Shown piece by piece: positions 26,801 to 39,977 of a stretch of 64,000 nt of DNA. The stretch lies in the NCBI GenBank assembly GCA_964036045.1, contig OZ038379.1, forward strand, positions 13,082,001 to 13,146,000, in the 5' to 3' direction. This DNA is from Eutreptiella sp. 'Long Island Sound 2002' (taxonomy: Eukaryota; Protista; Euglenida). Position numbers and translations under genes: made by a program. Under the pieces are notes generated by a model. That model was not told the origin of the DNA and searched no databases. It was given only the letters and a program-made list of their open reading frames with translations. The number at the start of each line of letters is the position of its first letter. Positions within the stretch are counted from its first letter, which is position 1.

Positions 26801-29800
26801 ATGTCCATCACCACCCACATTCTATCTGCACATCTACCATATTGTATCATTGAAATCTTATCGCAGCCACCAGCTGTGCAGATACTTTAGCCAACCCTTT
26901 CACAGCCACATGCAGATCCATCTTCCATTCGCCTTTCAGTCCAACAGGGAACACAATTGAAATCATAGTTGGTCATCGAGCTGGGTAAGGTCTCATCATG
27001 GCGCTTACATAACACAAACACCTGCATCTGAACACAAAAAGTGTCACCAACAGCAAAGGCGTATCAGATTGAGGACTGGAAGAATGGGTCACATCATTGC
27101 TCAGCAACACTACTCATCATTCGCCACCAAGAAATAGCACCTGCAACATCCCAAACATTGATCTTTCGGAACATGCCTCCGGGAGGGCACACCCACACCT
27201 TGTGGCTCAATGAAAGAGTGTAACACAGCCAACACCAGTTCTAAGCAATGCCACAAATCCCAATCTACAATGAGGTGATTCAGCAGTGGTTGAGGACGTG
27301 TGGAACATCAGCAATCAGCAAATACACAAACTCATCACAACCTCAGTACGTGTAATGGCCATTGATGAAATGCTTAGGCAGTGGTTCAGGATTGTCTTGA
27401 CATCATCAACATAAACTGTACAAATGAAACAGACGTATGAAGCAACAACACATTCTAACCTCACATGTACAAACAGGAACAAATGCAAACACTGGACAAA
27501 CCAAAAGAGCTGGGTAGCCTAAATGGCACACGGAGTCAATTGTACGTCTTTTACACAACATAGCTAAGATTTGATTGTACCAACCTTTCACAAGAGAGAA
27601 ACAAACTCCTAGCCAGCTACCATGCATTGTGCACCTGAAAGCCTGCACCACTCTTGGATGTCTTTTGTTTTGTCAGTGTGCCAGTCTGCTCTGTTAAAGC
27701 GAGATGTATCAATGATGAAAACCAAAACAGACATGGTGTCACCCGTGCAGCAGTGGTACATGGCTGTCCAACTACATCATCAGGTTAGTCTGTCCTGCTT
27801 GGCTGGACCCTAGCACAGCAAACGTACTGAACCACAGTGAATTGGGGCTTGGAAGCATTCCCCTCACCAAACCAAGCGACTCTATGGGGTATTTGTGAGT
27901 TACATTGCAACCATTGTGTGCATGTGCACAATGCAACAACACTATCTGCAATATACACAGACAACATTGCATCCTATCAGTCAATATTCGTTTAAGCATG
28001 TATCGATCAGACAAATGCCTCAAAGCATCACATTTTCTTGGAACCCTTGGCCCACTGGGTTTTCTACACCCTACAGTGCACACTCAAAATCATCATCTAT
28101 CTTCTACAGCAACACATACCCCCATCGGATGACACCCAAACAACGACAACAAAGCAACGCATGGCCATGATGCAGGAATTGTGGCAGGAATGCTTTAACA
28201 TCAAGCTTCAGCCACAAATTAAAATCCCCATTGCACAATATTACATCCAAATGTACAAATCAACAACCAAGTGTAACTCCTAACATCATGCCCCAAAAAT
28301 ACAAGCAAGAAAGACACTTGGATACCCTGTTTCTGGATAAGGAGGTGCGATGTCTCAGTCCAACAGGGAACATAAGTAAAATCAATGGCACGTCATAGAG
28401 CTGGGTAAAATGTCATCCTCCCATCGAACATAAATTTGCAACACCGGAACTAGAAATATGCAAAAAAGAAAAGGGGATGCACACTTAAATCGTCAAGATC
28501 AATCCACTGATCTCCATATCCACTGTACCACTGTTGTTGTTCTGTTCACATTGTCTCTCAAATGAACACAATGCCCTGTGAATCTCACGCTCAATGGGTC
28601 TACCAAAGTGAGTCACTCACGTTGGTAACATTATTGTTAGATAGACATGTCATCACAGCTCAGCTACCTCAGCTACCGAGGCCTTGCGGATCACAGCAGC
28701 GTAAAGCCATGGCATGATATCCACGTTGCTTATTGGGCAGATAGATTTACTAGCGTTGCATTTGTTCTTCAACCTGGATATGTCCATCACCACCCACATT
28801 CTATCTGCACATCTACCATATTGTATCATTGAAATCTTATCGCAGCCACCAGCTGTGCAGATACTTTAGCCAACCCTTTCACAGCCACATGCAGATCCAT
28901 CTTCCATTCGCCTTTCAGTCCAACAGGGAACACAATTGAAATCATAGTTGGTCATCGAGCTGGGTAAGGTCTCATCATGGCGCTTACATAACACAAACAC
29001 CTGCATCTGAACACAAAAAATGTCACCAACAGCAAAGGCGTATCAGATTGAGGACTGGAAGAATGGGTCACATCATTGCTCAGCAACACTACTCATCATT
29101 CGCCACCAAGAAATAGCACCTGCAACATCCCAAACATTGATCTTTCGGAACATGCCTCCGGGAGGGCACATCCACACCTTGTGGCTCAATGAAAGAGTGT
29201 AACACAGCCAACACCAGTTCTACGCAATGCCACAAATCCCAATCTACAATGAGGTGATTCAGCAGTGGTTGAGGACGTGTGGAACATCAGCAATCAGCAA
29301 ATACACAAACTCATCACAACCTCAGTACGTGTAATGGCCATTGATGAAATGCTTAGGCAGTGGTTCAGGATTGTCTTGACATCATCAACATAAACTGTAC
29401 AAATGAAACAGACGTATGAAGCAACAACACATTCTAACCTCACATGTACAAACAGGAACAAATGCAAACACTGGACAAACCAAAAGAGCTGGCTAGCCTA
29501 AATGGCACACGGAGTCAATTGTACGTCTTTTACACAACATAGCTAAAATTTGATTGTACCAACCTTTCACAAGAGAGAAACAAACTCCTAGCCAGCTACC
29601 ATGCATTGTGCACCTGAAAGCCTGCACCACTCTTGGATGTTTTTTGTTTTGTCAGTGTGCCAGTCTGCTCTGTTAAAGCGAGATGTATCAATGATGAAAA
29701 CCAAAACAGACATGGTGTCATCCGTGCAGCAGTGGTACATGGCTGTCCAACTACATCATCAGGTTAGTCTGTCCTGCTTGGCTGGACCCTAGCACAGCAA

Positions 29801-32648
29801 ATATACTGAACCACAGTGAATTGGGGCTCGGAAGTATTCCCCTCACCAAACCAAGCGACTCTATGGGGTACTTGTGAGTTACATCGCAACCATTGTGTGC
29901 ATGTGCACAATGCAACAACACTATCTGCAATATACACAGACAACATTGCATCCTATCAGTCAATATTCGTTTAAGCATGTATCGATCAGACAAATGCCTC
30001 AAAGCATCACATTTTCTTGGAACCCTTGGCCCACTGGGTTTTCTACACTCTACAGTGCACACTCAAAATCATCATCTATCTTCTACAGCAACACATACCC
30101 CCATCGGATGACACCCAAAAAATGACAACAAAGCAACGCATGGCCATGATGCAGGAATTGTGGCAGGAATGCTTTAACATCAAGCTTCAGCCACAAATTA
30201 AAATCCCCATTGCACAATATTACATCCAAATGTACAAATCAACAACCAAGTGTAACTCCTAACATCATGCCCCAAAAATACAAGCAAGAAAGACACTTGG
30301 ATACCCTGTTTTTGGATAAGGAGGTGCGATGTCTCAGTCCAACAAGGAACATAAGTAAAATCAATGGCACGTCATAGAGCTGGGTAAAATGTCATCCTCC
30401 CATCGAACATAAATTTGCAACACCGGAACTAGAAATATGCAAAAAAGAAAAGGGGATGCACACTTAAATCGTCAAGATCAATCCACTGATCTCCATATCC
30501 ACTGTGCCACTGTTGTTGTTCTGTTCACATTGTCTCTCAAATGAACACAATGCCCTGTGAATCTCATGCTCAATGGGTCTACCAAAGTGAGTCACTCACG
30601 TTGGTAACATTATTGTTAGATAGACATGTCATCACAGCTCAGCTACCTCAGCTACCGAGGCCTTGCGGATCACAGCAGCGTAAAGCCATGGCATGATATC
30701 CACGTTGCTTATTGGGCAGATAGATTTACTAGCGTTGCATTTGTTCTTCAACCTGGATATGTCCATCACCACCCACATTCTATCTGCACATCTACCATAT
30801 TGTATCATTGAAATCTTATCGCAGCCACCAGCTGTGCAGATACTTTAGCCAACCCTTTCACAGCCACATGCAGATCCATCTTCCATTCGCCTTTCAGTCC
30901 AACAGGGAACACAATTGAAATCATAGTTGGTCATCGAGCTGGGTAAGGTCTCATCATGGCACTTACATAACAGAAACACCTGCATCTGAACACAAAAAGT
31001 GTCACCAACAGCAAAGGCGTATCAGATTGAGGACTGGAAGAATGGGTCACATCATTGCTCAGCAACACTACTCATCATTCGCCACCAAGAAATAGCACCT
31101 GCAACATCCCAAACATTGATCTTTCGGAACATGCCTCCGGGAGGGCACACCCACACCTTGTGGCTCAATGAAAGAGTGTAACACAGCCAACACCAGTTCT
31201 ACGCAATGCCACAAATCCCAATCTACAATGAGGTGATTCAGCAGTGGTTGAGGACGTGTGGAACATCAGCAATCAGCAAATACACAAACTCATCACAACC
31301 TCAGTACGTGTAATGGCCATTGATGAAATGCTTAGGCAGTGGTTCAGGATTGTCTTGACATCATGAACACAAACTGTCGATATCAGAGTGACGTATGAAG
31401 CAACAACACATTCTAACCTCACATGTACAAACAGGAACAAATGCAAACACTGGACAAACCAAAAGAGCTGGCTAACCTAAATGGCACACGGAGTCAATTG
31501 TACGTCTTTTACACAACATAGCTAAGATTTGATTGCACCAACCTTTCACAAGAGAGAAACAAACTCCTAGCCAGCTACCATGCATTGTGCATCTGAAAGC
31601 CTGCACCACTCTTGGATGTCTTTTGTTTTGTCAGTGTGCCAGTCTGCTCTGTTAAAGCGAGATGTATCAATGATGAAAACCAAAACAGACACAGTGTCAC
31701 CCGTGCAGCAGTGGTACATGGCTGTCCAACTATATCATCAGGTTAGTCTGTCCTGCTTGGCTGGACCCTAGCACAGCAAATATACTGAACCACAGTGAAT
31801 TGGGGCTTGGAAGCATTCCCCTCACCAAACCAAGCGACTCTATGGGGTATTTGTGAGTTACATTGCAACCATTGTGTGCATGTGCACAATGCAACAACAC
31901 TATCTGCAATATACACAGACAACATTGCATCCTATCAGTCAATATTCGTTTAAGCGTGTATCGATCAGACAAATGCCTCAAAGCATCACATTTTCTTGGA
32001 ACCCTTGGCCCACTGGGTTTTCTACACCCTACAGTGCACACTCAAAATCATCATCTATCTTCTACAGCAACACATACCCCCATCGGATGACACCCAAGCA
32101 ACGACAACAAAGCAACGCATGGCCATGATGCAGGAATTGTGGCAGGAATGGTTTAACATCAAGCTTCAGCCACAAATTAAAATCCCCATTGCACAATATT
32201 AGATCCAAATGTACAAATCAACAACCAAGTGTAACTCCTAACATCATGCCCCAAAAATACAAGCAAGAAAGACACTTGGATACCCTGTTTTTGGATAAGG
32301 AGGTGCGATGTCTCAGTCCAACAGGGAACATAAGTAAAATCAATGGCACGTCATAGAGCTGGGTAAAATGTCATCCTCCCATCGAACATAAATTTGCAAC
32401 ACCGGAACTAGAAATATGCAAAAAAGAAAAGGGGATGCACACTTAAATCGTCAAGATCAATCCACTAATCTCCATATCCACTGCACCACTGTTGTTGTTC
32501 TGTTCACATTGTCTCTCAAATGAACACAATGCCCTGTGAATCTCACGCTCAATGGGTCTACCAAAGTGAGTCACTCACGTTGGTAACATTATTGTTAGAT
32601 AAACATGTCATCACAGCTCAGCTACCGAGGCCTTGCAGATTACAGCAG
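14874..32648 (+). repeat. 1979/1970-bp tandem macrosatellite, type B block (partial unit, 8 full units, partial unit)
   Basis: The same anchor occurs at 16500, 18479, 20458, 22437, 24407, 26386, 28356, 30335 and 32314. The 1970-bp units lack one copy of the 9-mer ctcagctac. Relative to type A, it lacks 71 bp at unit position 1040-1110 and has 71 extra bp at about 1523. Confidence 0.97.
15264..15992. mobile_element. 729-bp insertion into a satellite unit, flanked by a TTGGA direct repeat
   Basis: The unit sequence ggggcttggaagcattcccc is split. TTGGA lies at 15259-15263 and 15993-15997. Both ends of the insert carry (gcactgcgt)-type micro-repeats. Confidence 0.6.
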
Positions 32649-33357
32649 GACTCAACTATTTTGCCGCTATACCATTGTCTGTGTATGAGGGAAACTTCTT
32701 CACCGAATGCAAACTTGTGCTGGAGGTTTTCCACAAGAAGACACACAAAAGCCTAGCACGCAGCCAAAATCTGGTCATATTTGTATAAAGTGCAGAAAGC
32801 TTCATTTGTGGACTCAACTATGCTCCCGCTAAAAGTTGCAAGACATAATACACTGAGATTGGGTTTCAAAGACCCTGACATAGTCCCACTTTTCATCAAT
32901 GGTCCCTTCGTTGAATTCCGGGCAGCTAGCCTTTTGTTCAAGGATGAGAAAAGCAAAGACTTGTTCAACGGTTCCACAGGCTGAGACGGAGAAACGTCGG
33001 CCTCTGCGGCCTCCTCATCCAGTGCGGCTTGCTCCTTATATGGTTGCCTATAATGTACCTATCCGCCTTGGTGATTTTGAACTACTAACATTGTTAACAA
33101 AAGCCGGACTGCCATTGCAATCGGTGGCGCCCAGCCTATGGAACCCTGGTAAGTTCAACTGCACTGCTGGGAAATTCCATGGAGCTTTCAACGAAGATTC
33201 CCCCAGCTGAATCCTACGGGATGAAACCAAGAACATTTCTATTACATTTATCACCATGAGTGATTTTTTGAGAATGAAGAAAGAGTCTACAGCCTAACGA
33301 CAACAGACGGGGCAGCAAAAGCCCACATACAGTCAAATGGTCAGACAAGGCACCTAG
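32649..33357 (+). pseudogene. Decayed ORF1-like region of a plus-strand LINE
   Basis: Successive protein-like frames (QITAGLNYFAAIPLSVYEGNFF...; YKVQKASFVDSTMLPLK...; YNVPIRLGDFELLTLLTKAG...) end at TAG about 33355, 5 nt before the ATG of an APE ORF. Confidence 0.5.
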
Positions 33358-33362
33358 TCACC

Positions 33363-33790
33363 ATGAGTACACAAGATCAGGCTTCTCCCCCCCCTTCAGC
33401 ACCCCCTTCCCCCCCCCCGCCATACTTTGCATCAAGACTGAGAGCTTGCACCTTAAATGCTAATGGCATTAACACACCGAATGCCATTACCCAAACAGCC
33501 AGACATATAGATGTGGTTAAAATTTATCATCGTAACAATGTGGATGTGAGGGGCATCCAGTAGAATCATTTGTCCAACGACACGGAGCTAGATGAAGCTA
33601 TTGAACCTTTCAACAGCAAAGACAATTGTTTTTTCAGCAACACCAAGTTTGCTAACCGCCCAACGGCACGAGGATCAGTAGGACTGCTGCACAAGAAAAC
33701 ATGGACACTTGTTGATGCCTCGTCTATGCATCCACGTTTCTTGTTTGCAACACTGCATGATCCAGATAGGGCGCCACATCACTTTCGCAT
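33363..33790 (+). pseudogene. N-terminal APE endonuclease of LINE ORF2, truncated
   Basis: LRACTLNANG...NVDVRGIQ*NHL...RGSVGLLHKKTWTL aligns with LRVLSQNING...EVDFFAIQEPHF...RGGVALAWKTSKWTL of the 45-kb element. The catalytic Glu codon is TAG. Confidence 0.8.
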
Positions 33791-34519
33791 TTCACACTTT
33801 GATGAACATGCAGACGTTAGCTCTACTTCATCACATATTCACTGGTATTCCTGTTGTATGCTACTGAAACTTATACAGGGTGTTTTATACTAAGCTTATG
33901 TACTAGGTGCAACCCTAATATCTACTTAATCTGCTGTAAATCTTGTCTTCGTCTGCGTCTGGCTGCCAGCGTGGTGGGTCCTGGGAGTCTCTTATTAGGC
34001 TGGCCCCTTTTCGCGCCTTCTGGGGTCGCGCGGGTTCCATCCCTTGTCCATCCCGTGGTGCTGAGCTTCGGGACTCTTGCCCTACAGTTACAGTTGTGGT
34101 CGTGGTTGTGGTTTGCTTTGGTGGTGATTTCGGTGGTTGGATGGCTTGGTTGGTTGCTTTGCAATGGAAATGTGGGCACAGGGCTTTGCTACACCCCAGG
34201 GATTATTTGTGGCATGTTTGCAGTTGGTACAGCTTGCATCTGAAGGCATACTTAGGGGTCACCAAAACCTGGCCACCCCCTATGGGATGTGCATGGTGAG
34301 CACGAGTTGTCAGGTGATGTATTCTGTGTAGGGACGGGGTATATTGTGTAACCCGGGTTGCTGATGATGCACGTTTACATGTGCGTGCCAGAGGGTGCAG
34401 TAGCCGCTGACCAGAAGCTTGGGATTAGAATGTTAAGTTGGTTGGCAGCACCCGGTACCTCATATGCTGCCAATGCCATATGTGCACTGCACCATGACAT
34501 GCTGGAAAAAAAACACAAA

Positions 34520-34586
34520 CAACAGCTCTCTTTGTCCCTCTCCCTCTACTTCCTCTCTTTTGCTTTCTCTTTCTCTACCCCCCCTA

Positions 34587-34623
<37 letters not shown>

Positions 34624-34720
34624 GTTTGTGTGTTTCTGTCTTTGTGCATGTCTGCGTCTGTTTGTATTTCTGTCTGTCTGTCTATCTCCCTTGTCTCTGT
34701 CTTTCGCCCTGTTTCTGTCT
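34520..34720. repeat. CT-rich low-complexity tract including (CT)n
   Basis: A (ct)n run at about 34590-34619 within a polypyrimidine stretch. Confidence 0.9.
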
Positions 34721-37700
34721 TTGGCTTTGCATGTGTCGGTTTACAGTCAGTCTGTTCACAGCCAGTTCACACCTGTGAGAGCCCACAGTGTAGACCGTCT
34801 CTAGTTGAGCAAATATAGATCATGAAAGTGATGGTGCCCAATTTGCAGTCCGGTGGCTGTATCCTATCACAATATTGATGCTACACCCATATGTTGTACA
34901 GTTGTGGTGCATGTGACAAGACCAACATGTTGTCAGGGATATGCACCACTGCCTTGTGCAATGCACACCCCACATGGGAACGTCCCATGCAGCTAAAGCC
35001 AAAACCGACTCAGAGCCATCCACCAGTCACCGGCCAGAAGCACTCTGCTCTATACAGCCGTGGGCAGTAGTGAGGCGGTGACATTTGTGGGGGTCTCCCA
35101 ATACATTGGTGCCTTTGATGCACAAGATCCCAAGTATTGATATTGTGAGTAGTGACACACAGCAGCAGACTTCCCTGTTAGGCACCTAATTTGTGAGGGC
35201 CTGCACCTGCCACCATTGTGGCTGGTGGCCGCCCCACTTTTATGCCTTTGATTACTGGTGTCTGAAAAAAGAATGCGTTTGACAGTCTTTTCCATTTTCG
35301 GAGGCTCTGTGGGCATCCCAGTGGCTGGAGGTCGAAATTTTGCCAGAGTTCGGCAAAAAGTTATCCTTCTGCCCACGGATTCCCCGTCTTTGGGCCCCCA
35401 GTGTCCGACCTGTATACATCATTGTGGCTCCGTGTCTTCCCATGCATATCTGATCGGGAATGCCGCCTCACCCCGGATCCATGTAGTGACTCCCAGGTGA
35501 TCGCCCCGCAGTAGCTTGGGGTTTTGGTCTCTGTTTGCTTTTGTGCCCAGTCATGTGCACAGCCTGTGTGTGGCAGAGCAGCAGAGAGCTGCACGCATTG
35601 CGACGGCAAACACCCCTCAGCAACATTGTACAGAACCACAAAGATTGTGCTTTTTTGTTGTTCTTGCATTGCCATGCATTGCACTTCTGTATTGAGCCCT
35701 GCAGGCATGTGCACGGCACAGTGCAGTGCAGTTGTGTAACTGCCATCTGCTGTTTGCGGGTGCTACCACATTTGGTCCATTGTGGAAGGAGACGGGGATA
35801 AAGGGCCAGTCAGTACTAACGCAGTTGGGTTGTACGTATACAGGCGGTTGGGGAAATAGGCTGTTGAAAGGAAATGTCCGTTCCTAGAGACTCTGGGAGT
35901 GAGGGCAATGGGTAAAGGTGAAGCCCTTCAGCATTCAGTGGTCTCGGGGGCGGAGGCTGAGAGGGGAGAGGAGGGGGGAGGGGGTTTTGGCATGACGCCA
36001 TGGTGTGATGATCTCGTCTGCAGCCGGCGGCGCCTACTGGCCAATCGCCATACGCTGCCCTTCCCTTGGACCCTTTTCCTCCATAGGCGGTGGTGCCCAT
36101 CGGGGAGGGGGCGCATGGACTGGGGACTTCGGCCTCAGACCCAGGGGGGGGATATGTATCCGTAATATTTCATAACTTTCGTAATTTCTCGTAATCACAT
36201 CACAAATGTTGCTAGAACATGCCCGCCCGAGTATCGCTACTGGAAACTTTTGGCCGGTTTCTGGTTCGCCAATTTAGGGGTCCCGTTGGGTTCCATGGGT
36301 GATTTCATTGGATCTGGCAGCCTTCAAATAGGGTATCCCCAAGTTTTCAGCCGAAACCGACCCGCGGGGCCCGAGACCAAGCCGGCCGGACAAAAGGTGC
36401 CCGACAAGGGGGGGAGGGGCGTCTCCCCCCCCCCCCCCCCCGGACGGCATCTTTTGTTCAGCCGACCCAAGGCGGGGTGGGGGTCCTGAAACCCACTTTT
36501 ACAAAGTTGTTCTACATTCTGGGGGCTACCCAAAACAGCTGCAACGGCGCCCGTACGGGCCGCTGTACCCAAGTTATGACCTGCTAAAGGTGGTTGTTCC
36601 AAGGGAGACGCCTTGGGAGCCTGAACCTGTTGCCCTCGTTTCTCCAGAATATCGCAATTTTGTATGGCAAGCCTGGAGCGCACTAGGAGGCCTTGGAGGA
36701 CGTTTTGGGGTAGCATGCGGTTGTTGACCCCCTGGCCTTCCCAAGTATGTAATTACCAGTTTGGATGTCTGAAAGCCACAGTAATATGTTGTCAATCTAT
36801 CACTCGTTTTTTTATGACAGGCCCACACGGATGAACACATTGTGCCCCTGAGGGAGGTTACGCCCGACAAAGAAACAACTATGGCAGCGGGAACCAGCAA
36901 CCAGGTCTATGTGTTGTGTTGCTCTGCCCAATTTTGCAGTGCCCTTGCCCATGCACATCCATTCATCAGTACGGCCCGAGCGGTGAAGGGCACCACAAAC
37001 ATTTGATCTTTCAATTTCCCCGATGCATGCTGCCCTCCTCAACGCCCCAATTCTCCCCCTAGTATGTCCCACGTCGCCTGAAACTCCGCATGGATATGGT
37101 CCACCTATGTTGGGGACGGGAGGAAGTGTGGGAGTTGGGTTCGGGGGAATGGGGCCCTTAGGGGATTGTCAAGGGACTCGGTGTGGGGGAGAGAGGAACC
37201 GAGAAGGTATACAGAAATGTTGATGGGGATGGGTGGAGGGGTTGCACTAAGAGGAATGGTAGGGGCTTTGTTGACTGAGCAGACAGTGGCGTTCCGTGTA
37301 CGAGTAAAAAAGAGCGCATACAAAGAAAGCCGGTGAATACGAGGTTTTGTACCCCAACTCTATGATTGTATAGGGGCTGTTGTCATACGCATTTGGGGCA
37401 CGATTTGAGTACGACCGCAAGCAGGAGGGACACGGAAATCCCGTCCCGTGAACAGCGTCCAGTGGCCCGTCCCATTCTGCGGCACACCAAGACCCATGCA
37501 GCACATGCCCCCCCGCATCCTAATCCCCAAGCACAAGCAGAGAGGCAGCCGGCAGATGCCGACACCCTTCCCAACGGTGACCCATGCCACCAACGCGTCA
37601 CCCACCACGACGATCTTCTCCACAACCCAAGTGACCCAGCCGCCCCCAAGGAGCTGCAGAGCAATTGGCGGAAGATAAAGTAAGGGGCTACGTTTGTTGC

Positions 37701-37805
37701 TTGGCGCACCACATTCAGGCATATGCAAACATTACAGTACATGGACCCGGAGGGGATGATTTTCCCTGTTATTCTTATGCCCCGAGAATTGGAAAAAAAT
37801 GTTTG

Positions 37806-37823
37806 CTAACTTTTAAAAGTTAG
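37806..37823. repeat. Perfect 18-bp palindrome with imperfect flanking inverted repeat
   Basis: ctaactttt|aaaagttag, flanked by aaaatgttt and aaacatttt. Confidence 0.85.
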
Positions 37824-38116
37824 TAAAAAAACATTTTTGGTACTACGTTTTTCTTCCGTGGGTGGGTTTTCTTTCTGCTAAGGTCCAAAATTTGATGGAA
37901 GAAAACTTGTACCACATTAGAAGAGAAGAACAACATTTTTCTACTAAGTGTCGGAATGAAAAGGCTAGCCGAGCAGAACCAACGCCTGCAACGACAAGAG
38001 CATGTGGTCGAATGGACGCCGAGACCACCTTGAGGCTTAAAGCGACAGCCTGCTGTAATCCTAACTCTTCCGCCAACGTCTGCGGGGCTACCAGTGGTGG
38101 TGAAAAAACCTTCGGC

Positions 38117-38209
38117 AAGGTGGAAGAGGTGGAAGAGGTGGAAGTTTGCAAGTCCGAGGTGGAAGAGGTGGAAGTTTGCAAGTCCCAGAGGGAAGAGGTG
38201 GAAGTTTGC
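38117..38209. repeat. 30-bp minisatellite built from gaggtggaa 9-mers
   Basis: gaggtggaagaggtggaagtttgcaagtcc occurs about 3 times. Confidence 0.9.
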
Positions 38210-39469
38210 TCTCCAACTGGATTGAGGTGTCCCCCTTGATTCAGTGCATGTTCTGCATCACTCAGTGATCTTGTGGTTGGCACTAAGACCCGCGACAAAA
38301 GCTCATGGACCCAAACAGCCGATATGTCACTCATGGCAAGTTCGTCAGCCTTGGACCACCTTCTGTGCTTCGATTCCCACCTGCTGCATTGCCGTTTTGG
38401 GCCCACCCGCGCCAGTCGCCCGGGCTAGGGCGTTGCTGGCGTCAGTGAAAGGAAGCTTGATGACACACATGCAACTACGCAAGACAGACTCTTGTGATCC
38501 TATTACCCTGGAACATTGCTGCATATCCATACCAGGAGGTGCATGTGTTGACCGCCATGTCGCATTGGGGGCGTGAGACTAGCCAAGTGCCCGCCCATTG
38601 TCGTTGTTGATTGTAGTTTTCTATGGTGGTTCTTGGAGGTTGTTGAGTTGGTGAAAAGTGAAACCGTCTGTGTGTGTTTGGGAAGATTGGATCTAGTGAC
38701 TGGTGCTCCTACTAGGTCACGCAGGTTCCGCGCAGCTTCCCGTGGTGGTCGGGGCTGTGCAATAAACCTATTCAGCCATAGGCCATGAGGCAACGGAGAC
38801 TGGGCTCGCATACGCCCCCGTGTCACAGGCGCATGGTCATAACCACATTGTTCAGTGTTTTTCTCGCCGCACTGCAGCGCAGACCAGTTCTGTACCACAC
38901 CAGGTGGTTGCTGACTGTGCTTTGGCTTCGGTCCTCTGGACACTGAGGTCAGCTCACACCCACCACCCTCCCACAGTGCCGGTTAGTCTCTAACCCTTGC
39001 CCTGCAGGTCGTGCCCTTGTCATGCACTTGCTCTCTGACACGTGTGGACGTGTCGTACCCGAACCTCGGGGGCGCAAAGGCGCCTTTGGTGGCGCAAAGG
39101 CGTCTCAACATTTCAACAAAAGTTCCGGCTGCCGGTCACCTCAACAGATCATTGCTGTTTGGCGCATACCCTTTCAGTACCACACCATGCGTGCACATTC
39201 ATGCGCATGCTGTTTGCTTTTTCTTGCCCGCTGACTTCCAGCTGCCTCACGTGGGCCGCACTCTCGCAGCCCCAGTCATGCTTCGGCTGTTCAACACGTG
39301 ACGACGTGTTGAGCCTGTGGCTCAGGGGCGCTACGGCGCCCTGCTTTTTCATTTCTTGACTGTTCCGTGTTGCCGTGGCGTCCCTTTTACCCTGGTCAGC
39401 TCGAACCCACCCTGGTCAGCTCGAACCCACCACCCTCCCTTTGCGCCGGTTAGCACCGGTCTCTTGCTC

Positions 39470-39703
39470 TGTGGGTCTCTCTCCTACTCTCTCCCTCCCA
39501 TTCTCTCTTGCTCTCCCCTGCTCTATCTCTCCTGTTGCTCCTCTCTGTTCCTTTCCCGCTGTGCTCTACCCCCTCTCTCTCTCTCTCTCTCTCGCCCAAA
39601 AAAGGGGGGTTCGGGTTGTTCGGTGCATCTCAACCCCCCCCGGGGTTCGAACCATCCTCCACGGGACAGAAGAGGTGTGGTGTATCCACTGAGCCACGAC
39701 AAT
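39470..39703 (-). mobile_element. tRNA-derived SINE-like sequence with GA-rich tail
   Basis: Minus strand: A box TGGCTCAGTGG (39686-39696), B box GGTTCGAACCC (39643-39653), T6 (39598-39603), then (GA)n. The cloverleaf stems do not pair. Confidence 0.6.
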
Positions 39704-39977
39704 AGGGTATCTGCACCATGCGCTCCACTCTTCTTCTCCTTTGTGTCACCCCCTGTCATGCGTATCTTCTTTCGCATGGAGGTGTGTTCAGCAGTGTGTA
39801 GAGGAACCGCACAGCGTCCCCGGGTACCGGGTCCGCCTGCCTGAAGAGCGTTCTTTGGAACAACCGCAAGAGGTCCGCTCGGCCTGCCAGCCACACATGC
39901 ATGCAATCTCCAGTTCTGCTCACCGAGGAGGGCACCGCTCTGTGTCCTTCTGCCGTCGGACAGTGGAGGATCGCCTC

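Noticed and set aside
292-32202. Dozens of 60-100 aa ORFs repeated in the satellite
   Set aside because: They overlap in several frames, stops and starts vary between units, and no convincing domain is present. They are not functional CDSs as they stand.
1-32648. Array as an rDNA, 5S, SL RNA, snRNA or histone gene cluster
   Set aside because: I found no SL exon, no Pol III A/B boxes, no recognisable rRNA sequence and no histone ORF in the unit.
1-32648. CRISPR or RT-associated spacer array
   Set aside because: The units are about 2 kb and near-identical along their length, with no variable spacers; the context is eukaryotic.
37247-37400. Restriction-like endonuclease motif in CPSC...YTIIELGY
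   Set aside because: No upstream PD motif or RT context.
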